Source of the DNA: Octopus vulgaris
Taxonomy: Eukaryota
Length of the DNA stretch: 64,000 bases
Assembly (NCBI GenBank): GCA_951406725.2
Contig: OX597831.1
Location: 4,960,001 to 5,024,000 of the forward strand
Direction of reading: 5' to 3'
The position numbers and the translations under genes are program-made. The notes beneath the pieces are model-generated. The model saw only the letters and a program-made list of their open reading frames with translations, did no database searches and had not been told where the DNA came from. Shown piece after piece: positions 45,407 through 59,262 of the stretch. Each line of letters begins with the position of its first letter. Within the stretch, counting starts at the first letter, position 1.

Positions 45407-46331
45407 ATATATATACATATATATATATGTATGCATGTATGTATATATATATATATATATATATATAGTCGTTCATAGTGTCTGTGATAGTTAATGGTGT
45501 AAAATATATTCAAATTTATAGTACGTCGCACACGAAGAGAGAATATTTCCTTAAATTTTAACTCCTTGGTTCAAATAAGGTTAAGTAAGATCACGTGACG
45601 AAGGGAATCAATAAAGCCGTACTGAGAATGGTCGCCATTTTTTAATGAATTTCATGTGTGTCCACGTTTGCAATCCTGTCAGGATTGATATCGTTTGATC
45701 TCGATCTGGTTTCCAAGAAATAATTAGTCCTTAATTAAGTACAGCAAAATCGACAAAGAAATCTATGTCACACCGATTCATCGCTTAATAGCGATCTGTC
45801 AATCTTAGACACTCGATTGTCCCCAATATCTATTGCAATGATGTAATTTTTTCACCATTTATTTTTACAAGAGATTGCATTAGATTCTTCTAATCATTAA
45901 TGTTATTTAGCAGTAAAATGAAAGATAGACGAAGATACTTAAATAGACAAATGAAAGATAAAAAGATGTGACAGACTTTTGAGATGATATTGTATTTTGT
46001 TTTTTTGTTTCTTCTCTTCTCATGGTATTCTAAGATGAAGAAGTATCGCACAACAGCATGACCCTTTTGTTGAGTGACTCCGTGAGTGGAGAGTGAAACT
46101 GAGAATGTTGACGTCAGTTTCAAAAGATGGTCTCAATGCATGCGAGAGAGGATCTTCCACTTAATAGCCTCAAGTGATACACAGAGTTACTCGAATTTGC
46201 TATGTCAAGATTTTTCTTCCAATATACATGATAAAATATAAAAACAGATTATATATACACACATACACATACAAACATATGTGTGCATGTGTATATATAT
46301 ATATGTGTGAGTGTGTGTACATATATATATG

Positions 46332-46379
<48 letters not shown>

Positions 46380-46511
46380 CAAATTGATAATTTTGTTCCA
46401 AAACTGACAGCTCGTATGCATAGGAATGCTATATATTTTTAATATACTCTATATACTGTCAGTTATATATACATAGATACATACATATATACATATATAT
46501 ATAAATGTATG

Positions 46512-46587
<76 letters not shown>

Positions 46588-46709
46588 TACATATATATGA
46601 AAATTTGAAATGACATCTTTAATCCGGCGGTAATTTAACAAAATTCAACGTTGAATGAGATTGCAATATAAGACCTTAACATGTAAAGTATTCCATTTAT
46701 GGTGCGTGT

Positions 46710-46752
<43 letters not shown>

Positions 46753-47242
46753 TATGCGTGTGCGTGTGTGTGTTTCTGTGTGTGTGCGTGTGTGCATGAA
46801 AAGATTTTTGTGCGTTTCAGTTCGTTTGGTTAAATAACGTACTTAAGTGCACCGTCAACGCTTCTAGACTTTCAGAGCATCAGTTTCACCCCGCACCCCA
46901 CACATGCAACAGGTTTCGGGAGCGTCTACTTTTACCGCGTTTTCTCATATTCTATTGTTCGGCCCCCGGAGTCTTAGTACAAGTTATGTTCCCAAGAGGG
47001 AACTAAGTGGGACTGATCTTACAACTGCGTAGTTGCCGAGTCAACTTCTTGCCCACACTTCCTTGTCCACATACATACATTCATATTTTGCATACATAAA
47101 TAGCATACGTACATGCATTGCATACATTACATATATACATTACATACGTATGTGTTTGTGTGTCTGCATGTATATAAATACAGACATACTAAGTGTCTTT
47201 ATATGCATGTGTATGCGTGTGTATATATTTATTATATATATA

Positions 47243-47837
47243 GGCGCTGGAGTGGCTGTGTGGTAAGTACCTTGCTTACCAACCACATGGTTCCAGGTTC
47301 AGTCCCACTGCGTGGCACCTTGGGCAAGTGTCTTCTACTATTGCCTCGGACCGACCAAAGCCTTGTGAGTGGATTTCGTAGACGGAAACTGAAAGAAGCC
47401 AGTCGTATATATGTATATATATATATATATTATAAATAAAATAAGGGCTAAAGAAAATTATTTCTATGCCAACATGCTGTTAACAGATTTTTAAATCGTC
47501 AATTTCCACATATTATTTACTCGCTACAGAAAAACACGAAGAGCTGAAATCGAGGGAAGCTGGCCGATAGAATTTTTTTAAAAAGAACTTTTTTTTTAAA
47601 TTCTATCGGCCAGCTTCCCTCGATTTCAGCTCATCGTGTTTTTCTGTAGCGAGTAAATGATATGTGGAAATTGACTATTTAAAAGTCTGTTATCAGCACA
47701 TTGGCATAGAAATAATTTTCTTTAGCCCTTATTTATAAGTTGTTTATAATTTTAACCTTAAAGGTATTTTAATATGCTGCCACATTTTTTGCTGAAATTT
47801 TTTTCTGTAAAAACACTTCATCCTGTATTAGTAGTTG

Positions 47838-47925
<88 letters not shown>

Positions 47926-48057
47926 TGTGTCTGTGTTTGTCCCCCAACTTCGCTTGACAACCGATGTTGGTGTGTTTGCGTCCCCGTAACTTAGCGGTTC
48001 GGCATAAGAGACCGATAGAATAAGTACTAGGCTTACAAATAATAAGTCCTGGTGTCG
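47243..48057 (+). mobile_element. SINE family A copy interrupted within its internal microsatellite
   Basis: Head and body at 47243-47410; tail resumes at about 47921. Confidence 0.9.
47438..47837. mobile_element. (TA)n-embedded fold-back element (about 138-bp arms plus about 100-bp tail)
   Basis: 47438-47575 vs 47598-47734 are reverse complements with about 7 mismatches by eye. Confidence 0.85.
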
Positions 48058-48086
48058 AAGACAGACGAAATACCGTTGAGCATTTC

Positions 48087-48131
<45 letters not shown>

Positions 48132-48377
48132 GTAATATAAATAAAATGTAAAATGTTTTGGTGTGTGACTTTTGGCCCACTCTGTATTATGCAACAATAT
48201 AAGCATTGCATGTCGAACATACGCGAATGTATGTATGAGTACATCTGCTGAATTTCTGTCTATTTTCAACCAAACTTCACCTGCGGAACTTTTGTTGAGC
48301 CGAAACAATTGTGAAAGGGCACGAGGGTATTGCTCAACGCAATGAGGCCAAACCTTAAGCAATACTGTCCCAATACT

Positions 48378-48731
<354 letters not shown>

Positions 48732-49361
48732 TTTCTTTAGCTGGGTAGACAGACAGAAAGAAAGCAAGGCAAACGCATAGACAGACAATTCGTGACTACA
48801 ACTGCGCCGTTCATATCGAAGCCATTACAAAGCCGACATATTTGTTTGTATGGGATTACGAACAGAATAGAGAGACAAGAGACGAGAGAACGAGATTAGT
48901 AGCAGGGGGTCACTATAAGGCACCACCAGAGAAGGCTGCTTGTTAACACAAAAGTTCTGTTTGTTATTATAGAAGGAACCAGCGACTAAACTTTAAGGGA
49001 TGTTAGGGACGGGTTTTATGAAAATACATACCGAATGGATTACCTACATATGTTAAACATGACGCCAGATATTCGACTCTTTAAAGAGAGCAAAAGCGCG
49101 AGAGAGTATATGTATGAAATATACACACACATATATATGTACATATATATACATATATGTACATATATATATACATATATATATTTACATACATATACAT
49201 ATATACATACATACATATATATATACACACATATCTATATACATATATATTTACATATATACATATATATACATATAAATATATATATATATATACATAT
49301 ATATGTACATTCATATATATACATATTTATATATATGTATATATATATATATATATATATA

Positions 49362-49413
<52 letters not shown>

Positions 49414-49501
49414 TATATATATATAGATACATATACTCATATATATATATACATATATATATATATATGCACATATATATACGTATATACATATAAATAT
49501 A

Positions 49502-49558
<57 letters not shown>

Positions 49559-49915
49559 GTCACTAAAGTACGTACTCGCACATGAACCGTTCTGAAAACC
49601 GAGCTGTAATACTATTCTTTTGTTATCTAAGTACCAGAGATGAAGCTGCGTTTCTTACTGGGAATCTAAGACCTTCTTGAGAAGAAGCTCAGTTTAACAC
49701 CGCCTCCCTCGATGAAGATCAAACAGCATGGGAACCAGCCGAGCTGCCATTCGTTTAGTCTCTTCCGGAGAGACAGAGCCACTTTATAGAGACGGTTTAC
49801 TTTACACACCGGCGTTAAATGGGTGTTTATTAAATACGCGTATGTAAAATTATTTACTACACATTCTCAGGCACGCTGTTACATACACACATATATATAT
49901 ATGAATGTATGTATG

Positions 49916-50072
<157 letters not shown>

Positions 50073-50086
50073 CTATATATATATAT

Positions 50087-50298
50087 TGCGAGCTGGTAGA
50101 ATCGTTAGCATGCCGAGCGAAATGCCTAGCGTACCTTCTGAGTTCAAATTCCACCGAGGTCGACTTTGCCTTTCGTCATTTCGAGGCCGATTAAATAAGT
50201 ACCAGTTACGCAGTGGAGTCGATGTAATCGACTGAAACCCTTTGTCTGTCCTTGTTTGTCCCCTCTGTGTTTGTTCTCTGTGGGCAATAAAGAAATAA
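50087..50298 (+). mobile_element. SINE family B copy
   Basis: gcgagctggtagaatcgttagca...gtcgactttgcc...ttgtctgtccttgtttgtcccc. Confidence 0.9.
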
Positions 50299-50315
50299 AT
50301 TATTATTACTTTTTT

Positions 50316-50350
<35 letters not shown>

Positions 50351-50463
50351 ATCAGTACAAGTTTCAGAGTGACTCATGTGTCGAGAGTTTTGTGCGCTGG
50401 CATATTTCACACTGGTTTGAAATCAAGGGGATAAGTGCCAACACATAAGTATATGGAAAAGTA

Positions 50464-50497
50464 TTTTACATTTCGAGCCTACGCTCTTCGACGGAAA
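50464..50497 (-). ncRNA. Minimal hammerhead-like motif, family F3 (degenerate)
   Basis: Minus strand: UUU-CCGUCGA-A-GAGC guag GCUC-GAAA-UGU-A-AAA. Confidence 0.5.
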
Positions 50498-50862
50498 GGA
50501 TCAAGAGGAAAAAAGGAGAGAGTTTGACAAAAACAGAGAGAGAAAAATGTGCAGAGTTCAACGGTTCAACATGATGAACTAGCCAGAAGAAAGAGATATA
50601 TGTATATCGCTACCATTATGTTAAACTGTCGTATATCCAAATTTGCCCACATGCGCTTCTTTTTTTTTTTTTTTCAGTATTTAATTTTGCTTGCAACAGC
50701 CGGTTCTTTTGGTCAAACTATCGTATCTCCAGCTGCTTCAGATGATAATTGTAGTACCACTGTTTGGGATTTCTCAATGGTATAATAAGCCCCACATGCG
50801 ACAGTTTTGCAAAAATATTTCTGACTGAAGGCATCATACATGCATGACTTTACGACTTTAAA

Positions 50863-50976
50863 CAGTCCCACTGCGTGGCATCTTGGGCAAGTGTCTTCTG
50901 CTATAGCCCTGGGCCGACCAATGCCTTGTGAGTGGATTTGGTAGACGGAAACTGAAAGAAGCCTGTCGTATATATG

Positions 50977-51007
<31 letters not shown>

Positions 51008-51223
51008 ATGTGTTTGTGTGTGTGTGTTTGCTCCCCTAGCATTGCTTGACAACCGATGCTGGTGTGTTTACGTCCCCGTGACCTAGTGGTTCGGCAAAAG
51101 AGACCGATAGAATAAGTACTGGGCTTACAAAGAATAAGTCCCGGGGTCGATTTGCTCGACTAAAGGCGGTGCTCCAGCATGGCCGCAGTCAAAATGACTG
51201 AAACAAGTAAAAGAGTAAAAGAG
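50863..51223 (+). mobile_element. SINE family A copy (5'-truncated)
   Basis: Matches family A. Confidence 0.92.
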
Positions 51224-51715
51224 TATACAACAAAGAATTATTATTAAGCTGTAACTATTCCTCATATAAAAAGACATCGAAAAGCAACGTTTCGAACTTA
51301 CGGCACTTTTGCATAATAGCAACAATATTTATACGTATATACATACAGATATTTACAAACATATACACATAATTTGAGGTCTATTTGCCTATTTTCCAAC
51401 TTACATTACCAAACTCATGTAGTTTATTTTATACGAATTTTAACTTAGTACATTTCATTTCAAGCCTTAGTGAGTGTCATCGCCTGATAATCGTTGTGTC
51501 ATGAATTCAGATAAAACAAACTGTAACACTTGATGATTTTTGATAAGGTCATCACGCAAAGACAACAAATTTGTTTCTAGACATGAAGTCACACGAAGAA
51601 TCTTGTAAATCAAACACAAACTGAAACCAAACTACAATATGGATTAAGTAATCGCTCCCTCATTTCCCGACATAAATTTACGTTTAAGCACAATGTGTCT
51701 AAGTATTTATATATA

Positions 51716-52100
51716 GGCGTAGGAGTAGCTTGCTTAACAACCACATGGTTCCAGGTTCAGGCCCACTGCATGGCACCTTGGGCAAGTGTCTTCTACTATA
51801 GCCTCGGACCGGCCAAAGCGTTGTGAGTGGATTTGGTAGACGGAAACTGAAGGAAGCCCGTCATATATATATGTATATATGTGTATATGTACGTGTGTGT
51901 ATATGTTTGTGTGACTGTGTTTGTTCACACAACATCGCTTGACAACCGATGCTGGTGTGTTTACGTCCCTATAACTTAGCGGTTCGGCAAAAGAGACCGA
52001 TAGAATAAGTACTAGGCTTACAAAGAATAAGTCCTGGGTTCGATTTGCTCGACTAAAGGCGGTGCTCCATCATAGCCACAGTGAAATGACTGATACAAGT
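51716..52100 (+). mobile_element. SINE family A copy
   Basis: Matches family A. Confidence 0.92.
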
Positions 52101-52358
52101 GTATACATACATACATACATATATTCATATATCTATATATATATACACACACATATATATGTGCAAAGAGGGAAGGAGAAAGGAAGGGAGAGAGATAGAG
52201 AAAGCGAGAGAGACAGACACACAGACAGACAGTGAGAGGTTTTTTGGAGTTAACTGTTCAGAGAAACAAATGTAGGACGTTGAGAACAAAAAATACTCAA
52301 AGTAGTGATGTATCAGCGGACGAAACGAAATGGTTATCCTTTTTACTCAGCTTTTGAT

Positions 52359-52417
<59 letters not shown>

Positions 52418-52603
52418 TACACACACACATACACACACACCCCCATACTCATATGTAGTTGTACCGCGGGTGAGTCATTTGCCAAAAAAAAAAGATCGCG
52501 CTGGGAATGTTTCGTTTCATTTGTTATTAGTCAACCAGTTGAGTAATTAACGAATTAAGTAATCGACTACGTGGTTAATTAATTAACTAACTGACTAATC
52601 ATG

Positions 52604-52657
<54 letters not shown>

Positions 52658-52667
52658 GTAATTAGAT

Positions 52668-53070
52668 GCAGGAGTGGCTATGAAGTAAGAAGCTTGCTTA
52701 CCAACCACATGGTTCCGGGTTCAGTCCCACTACGGAGCACCCTTGGGCAAATGTCTTCTACTATTGCCTTGGGCCTACTAAAGCCTTGTGGGTGGATTTG
52801 GTAGACGGAAACTGAAAGAAGCCCGTAGTATGTATATATTAATATATATATAATATGTATGTGTGTGTGTTTGTATTTGTCCCCCTACACCGTCGCTTGG
52901 CAACCGATGCTGGTGTGTTTACGTCCCCGTCACCTAGCGGTTCGGCAAGAGAGACCGATAGAATAAGTACTAGGCTTAGAAAGAATAAGTCCTGGTATCG
53001 ATTTGCTCGACTGAAGGTGGTGCTCCAACATGGCCGCAATCAAATGACTGAAATAAATAAAAGAAAAAAA
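52668..53070 (+). mobile_element. SINE family A copy
   Basis: Matches family A. Confidence 0.92.
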
Positions 53071-53114
53071 AATAATAGAGATAATGGCTCAAGGTAAGCA
53101 GTTTCGGGAGAAGA

Positions 53115-53672
53115 GTTTAAGTCGATTACATCGACCCCAGCATTTCACTGGTACTTGTTTAATCGAGTATAAGTATATACAACAAGGAGGAAAGGCGAAG
53201 TTGATCTCGGTGGCATTTGAACTCAGAATGTAAAGACGGACGAAATATCTATTTTTTTATTACCCACAAGGGGCTAAACACAGAGGGGACAAACAAGGAC
53301 AGACATAGGTATTAAGTCGATTACATCGACCCCCAGTGCGTAACTGGTACTTAATTTATCGATCCCGAAAGGATGAAAGGCAAAGTCGACCTCGGCGGAA
53401 TTTGAACTCACAACGTAACGGCAGACGAACTACCTATTTCTTTACTACCCACAAGGGGCTAAACACAGAGGGGACAAACAAGGACAAACATAGGTATTAA
53501 GTCGATTATATCGACCCCCAGTGCGTAACTGGTACTTAATTTATCGACCCCGGAAGGATGAAAGGCAAAGTCGACCTCGGCGGAATTTGAACTCAGAAAG
53601 GTAACGGCAGACGAAATACCGCTAAGTTTTTTTCGCCCAGCCTGCTAACGATTTTGCCAGCTCGCTTGCCTT
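53115..53672 (-). mobile_element. SINE family B, trimeric
   Basis: One head (53672-53620) followed by three body modules, the first two nearly identical. Confidence 0.9.
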
Positions 53673-53691
53673 AACAACAACAACAACAACA

Positions 53692-53722
<31 letters not shown>

Positions 53723-53919
53723 CGATGGAAGCTAAACTGCCCGTTTTAATTGGTGAACTGGCCCTCCTTCCCCCAAGATACAATAACAGATGTTTAAAGA
53801 CAAGTGACATAGTAAAAAAAATCTTGTAAAACAAACGCAAAAGCGAAATCTGTTTGGAAGCGTGTATTTGTGTGTGTATGTATATGTGTGTGTGCGCGCG
53901 CACGCGCGTGTCTACGTAT

Positions 53920-53963
<44 letters not shown>

Positions 53964-54061
53964 AATTATTATATACAGTCACACAATCTATTCTATGATA
54001 GGAATCTTAACTTGATCGAAGGCAATATTTGTATCAGTGATATTATTGCAAGCGTAGGTAC

Positions 54062-54148
<87 letters not shown>

Positions 54149-54372
54149 GACGCTGTTGTTGTTGTTGTTGCAGTGATTGATATCAAGATAACTATAGATT
54201 AGCCACCATGAGGAACTCTAGCGATCTCATAAACATCAAGAATATGGGTGATGTTATCGGCGAAAGATATGAGTCTAAATGGTAATAAAGTCTGAGGCAT
54301 TGCTGCCAACTATGCAAAAGGCACTGCAATTATGTGGTTATTTTAAAACCTGTGAAAGATACATACAGATGC

Positions 54373-54445
54373 ATGCAATACAGTAGTGGTTAGGAGGAGC
54401 CCGGTGTTTCACCTAGACGACCCGGGTTCAATCTCAACCGAGGAA
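54373..54445 (+). pseudogene. tRNA-Glu(TTC)-like pseudogene or SINE head
   Basis: tagtggttagga...tttcacctagacgacccgggttcaatc...aggaa follows the eukaryotic tRNA-Glu pattern, but the acceptor and anticodon stems are broken. Confidence 0.55.
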
Positions 54446-55051
54446 ACGCTATATTATCGACGTAGGCATTTTGTAGTGAAGAATTTCGGGTTGCAGCCAC
54501 CCAGTGTCGGTTTCCGACCACTACGCAAGACCTCGGGCATTGTTCCGGATCGAACAATGATTTGTGAGTGAATATCGTACAGAGAAACTATAGAAATAAG
54601 TTATATATATATAAATTGGGTAACTTGAATAATGTAAACAAATACTATAAAATACTAACTGTCTGTCTGTCTATTTATCTCTCTATCTCTCCCTCTCTCT
54701 CTCTTTCTCTCTGTATATATATATTATTTATATATATATATATATATATAATATATATAATATATATCTAAATTCTGTTTCTAAGTGTCTTGCTTCGAGA
54801 TGTGTATTCGGTACGATTCGTTTATTTTTGGTAGTAATGACTTAGAAAGTCCCTCCTAGCGTGTGGCATTTATGTGTAATAATGCCCTCTATATAATATA
54901 TATATATATATATACGTACGTATGTATGTATATAGAGAACTCGTAAATCTGTCAAGTTTTTGTAAACAATTTATGAGAGAATGGATGTTATCACAAGAAT
55001 GAATGTACAAGTGTGGCTAGGTAAATAGGTGTGTTTCATGTGTGTGTGTTT

Positions 55052-55097
<46 letters not shown>

Positions 55098-55210
55098 ATT
55101 GCATGTGTTTATGAGTGTATTTCGGTCATTCTCCCCTAAAGAACTTAATGAAATTGTGAAGTCATATACGGGTGACACGCATGCGTATATAGCCAATAGA
55201 CAAACATATA

Positions 55211-55242
<32 letters not shown>

Positions 55243-55345
55243 ACTAAACAATCAAGGTAAGAAACAACTATAAAATCATTGTCACTTATCAGTTTCTACA
55301 TGACATACTTTATATATATAGATATATATACACACACTCACACAC

Positions 55346-55382
<37 letters not shown>

Positions 55383-55383
55383 C

Positions 55384-55533
55384 ATTGCGAGGGTGATCCG
55401 GTTCTTGACTTAAGATAAAAGCCATCGAATGACCCGTCCTTGTTTTTTTGTATCGTCTATATGGATGTTTTGTTGTCCTTTTTATATCACCTAGTTGTCA
55501 GGATGTTTTGCGTTCTTGTCCCATTTTGTATTT

Positions 55534-55540
<7 letters not shown>
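55384..55540 (+). mobile_element. Short (TA)n-embedded element, family F1
   Basis: attgcgagggtgatccggttcttgact...cgaatgacccgtcc...ttcttgtcccatttt, with (TA)n on both sides. Confidence 0.7.
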
Positions 55541-55564
<24 letters not shown>

Positions 55565-55565
<1 letters not shown>

Positions 55566-56015
55566 TCCAGAATGTAACTACACGTGGACTGTTGGCCATT
55601 TCTTTTCCTCCTTCTTCCTTTTTCCTTTAGACCTTCATATGTTTCCCGATTCCGAAGAAGATCATTACTCACAACGTAAAACAACCACTCTCTTACTTCT
55701 CTGAGCGTCTTATTAATATTTTGCATGTTCTACGTCATCACGTTGTTGTGTTTCTTTATCTTTCGTATTTTTCTCCGCTTTTTTAATTATACATATATAT
55801 GTCTTTCATAATGTGACCTTGTGTGTACCGTTGGCGACTTTTTTCCCCTCTGTCTTCCCTTCTCTGGATCTTTCCTTCTCCTATGTTTCCGACGAAGAGC
55901 TCCGCTCGAAACGTTAAACCCTCCTTCTTCCCTTCTTTCCTGAGCGTCCAATAATACTATATTTGTTCCACGTCTTCGCGTTGTTGTGTTTTTTTTTTTG
56001 CTTTCTTGTTTGGAT

Positions 56016-56028
<13 letters not shown>
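55565..56028 (+). mobile_element. Two diverged tandem copies of hammerhead-bearing element F3 (Penelope pLTR/retrozyme-like)
   Basis: Units at about 55565-55790 and 55803-56028 share (c/t)gttggc, ttccgaNgaag, acgt(a/t)aaac, ctgagcgtc and cgttgttgtgttt in the same order. Confidence 0.7.
55885..55919 (+). ncRNA. Minimal type I hammerhead ribozyme-like motif
   Basis: GUUU-CCGACGA-A-GAGC ucc GCUC-GAAA-CGU-U-AAAC: 4-bp stem I, 4-bp stem II, palindromic ACGU stem III; U4C variant. Confidence 0.65.
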
Positions 56029-56095
<67 letters not shown>

Positions 56096-56142
56096 CATAG
56101 GTGTATTAAGTGTATATACATAGGTATACATATATGTGTGTG

Positions 56143-56177
<35 letters not shown>

Positions 56178-56528
56178 TAAACATGATATAATTATATTTA
56201 TATAAGCATATAGAGTACAAAAAACGTGTAACTGTATGCATAAATACATCGTATTTACTAATGCACACACACTCACAAACACACAAACAAACACACACAC
56301 ACATACACACACACACATATATATATATATATGTGTGTGGTGGGGTACACACACGGATGTAAATATGTATTCACATGATGTATTATAAAAACGTATTTAT
56401 ATAAAGCACAATATAAACACGTTATAAAGAAAAACACGTACGTATGTGTGTATATTTATATGCATATACCTATATGAATATTTATCCACCTCCCAACCCG
56501 ACCTAACGCTTACGCAAACGCACGCACG

Positions 56529-56577
<49 letters not shown>

Positions 56578-56727
56578 ACACACACACATACGCACATCAT
56601 TTCTGTACAGAATACTCTTTTCTTTCTGTAAAGCGTTTTCCCAGTTGACAGATTAAGGAGCGCAGAGTCCCACCCACCCACAACGCTACCGTCAGTAACC
56701 ACTATTGGCTGATATATTTGAATTACC

Positions 56728-56778
<51 letters not shown>

Positions 56779-57013
56779 ACACACACACACAAGCACACAC
56801 GTCTCATCTACACTGAAGCGTCTCACGGTATTCTATACGTTTACATACGCATACGCGCACATAGGCACGCACATAGAAATAAAGGGCTATTTATTTAAAT
56901 CTCACTTCTGTATCTATCTCTCTCTCTATCTATCTATCTATCCATCTTTATATCTCTCATTCTCTGTCTCTCTTTCTCTCCATCAATCTATCTGTCTATC
57001 TATCTTATATATA

Positions 57014-57045
<32 letters not shown>

Positions 57046-57146
57046 CATGGACACAAATACATACTCAAAATATGGTACGGGCATATCTACATATCTACAT
57101 ATGTCTAACTATCTGACTCTGTCTGTCTGTCTCTCTCTCTGTCTCT

Positions 57147-57183
<37 letters not shown>

Positions 57184-57235
57184 ACTCATGTAAGTATGTG
57201 TGTATACATATATATACGTCTCACTTTCTCTCTTT

Positions 57236-57382
<147 letters not shown>

Positions 57383-57456
57383 TGTATCTTTGTTTATAAA
57401 TATATATATTAGAGAGAGAGATAAAGATAGAGAGAGAGATGAATATATGTGTATAG

Positions 57457-57499
<43 letters not shown>

Positions 57500-57829
57500 A
57501 TGTCCTCTTTACAAATACCTTAATTCTCTTCTATATTTCCTCCTTTCTTTCCTTTCACCATTCTTTAATATCAGCAATTCAGTTAACCGTGGCAGTGTTT
57601 AAATCGAAATTCATTCTTTATAGCTCATATGTTAAATCATTCGGATGACTTTACACACATACACACATACACACAAGCACACACACATACACACACACGC
57701 ACACACACACATTCACACCACATACACACATACATTTACGGTTCAGTGACTTTCAATGTGTACAATGAGATGAAATAATATCGCCAAAGATATCTATATA
57801 GTCGCATGTGCTTTATAAATACATACATA

Positions 57830-57869
<40 letters not shown>

Positions 57870-58021
57870 CACATACTCACACACTCGCACACAGATACAC
57901 GCACATACATAAACACATACCATACACAAAAACAGACAGATATGCGCACGCATGTGAATGTGTAGCGATACATGAATATATATCTATCTTTCTATCCATT
58001 TACTTAGCTCTACATACAAAC

Positions 58022-58090
<69 letters not shown>

Positions 58091-59228
58091 ACACACACAT
58101 ACATGCATTCAGACACACAGACATGAATGTTTTCTATGTATATATTTCAAATACAGTTGTCTCCTTTTACTTCTCTTTTTTTCTTCATCATCATCCTCAT
58201 CCTCACATCCTCCTCCTCCTCCACTCCTCTTCTCCGTTTTCCCTTTTCTTGCTCTCTCTTTCCTCCTTCCTCGTCCTCCTCTTTCGCTCACTTTTATACC
58301 ACGGTCGTCTGCATCCTCCAATTGTTAACCAATATAATCATATGTTTCAACAATGGCCCACCGCTCGAATAATAATAACATTAATAATAATAACAACAAC
58401 AACAGCAACAACAATAATAATAATAACAACAACGACAACAACAATAATAATATCATAAAAATAACAATAATAACAATGGGGAAACTAACAATAATAGTGT
58501 CCACAATGGCTGTTTGATAGTCATTGGTTGGCCATCTCTAATGGTTTGCCCTCTAACAATCTCCTCTATACAATGGTTCCCACTATAATCGTTTTTCTGA
58601 CTACAACAGACGGTTAATTCTTAGCTATTTGCTCCCTTTTAACGGCCCCATCTTTGGTGGTCGTCATTTTCATACTTTGACTCATAAAGGAAACCTCTGC
58701 TTATATAATCGCCTGACCTCTACTTGCCCATTGAACACGGGGTAGGGCAGGACGTATGTATGTGTGTATGTATGTATGTATGTATGTATGTATGTATGAA
58801 TGTATGTATGCATGCATGCATATGTGTGTGTGTATAAGTGCGTGTATGTGAGTGAATCTTAGTGTATCTTATCAATAATGGCCACACATTCCTGTATGCG
58901 TGTATGTGTGTGAGTGCGAGAGAGAGGGAGAGAGGGCGAGAGAGAGAGAAAGGGACAGACAGACGGAAAGAGACAGATATAAACATAGATAAATGGATAG
59001 ATAGAAAGATAGATAGATAGATTAAGGGTTTGTGCGTTATTGCCAGGCATGTATGTATATATGAAAGTATGTATATATATATATATATATTATAAAATGA
59101 GATAGGGGTTGAAAATTCAACCCACCATGGGATAATATGTATTAATATGATAGTTATTTCGATCTTGGAAGGATGGACTTGGTGATAACTTAACTGTATC
59201 TATTTTTATTATTTTTTATTATTATTAC

Positions 59229-59262
<34 letters not shown>

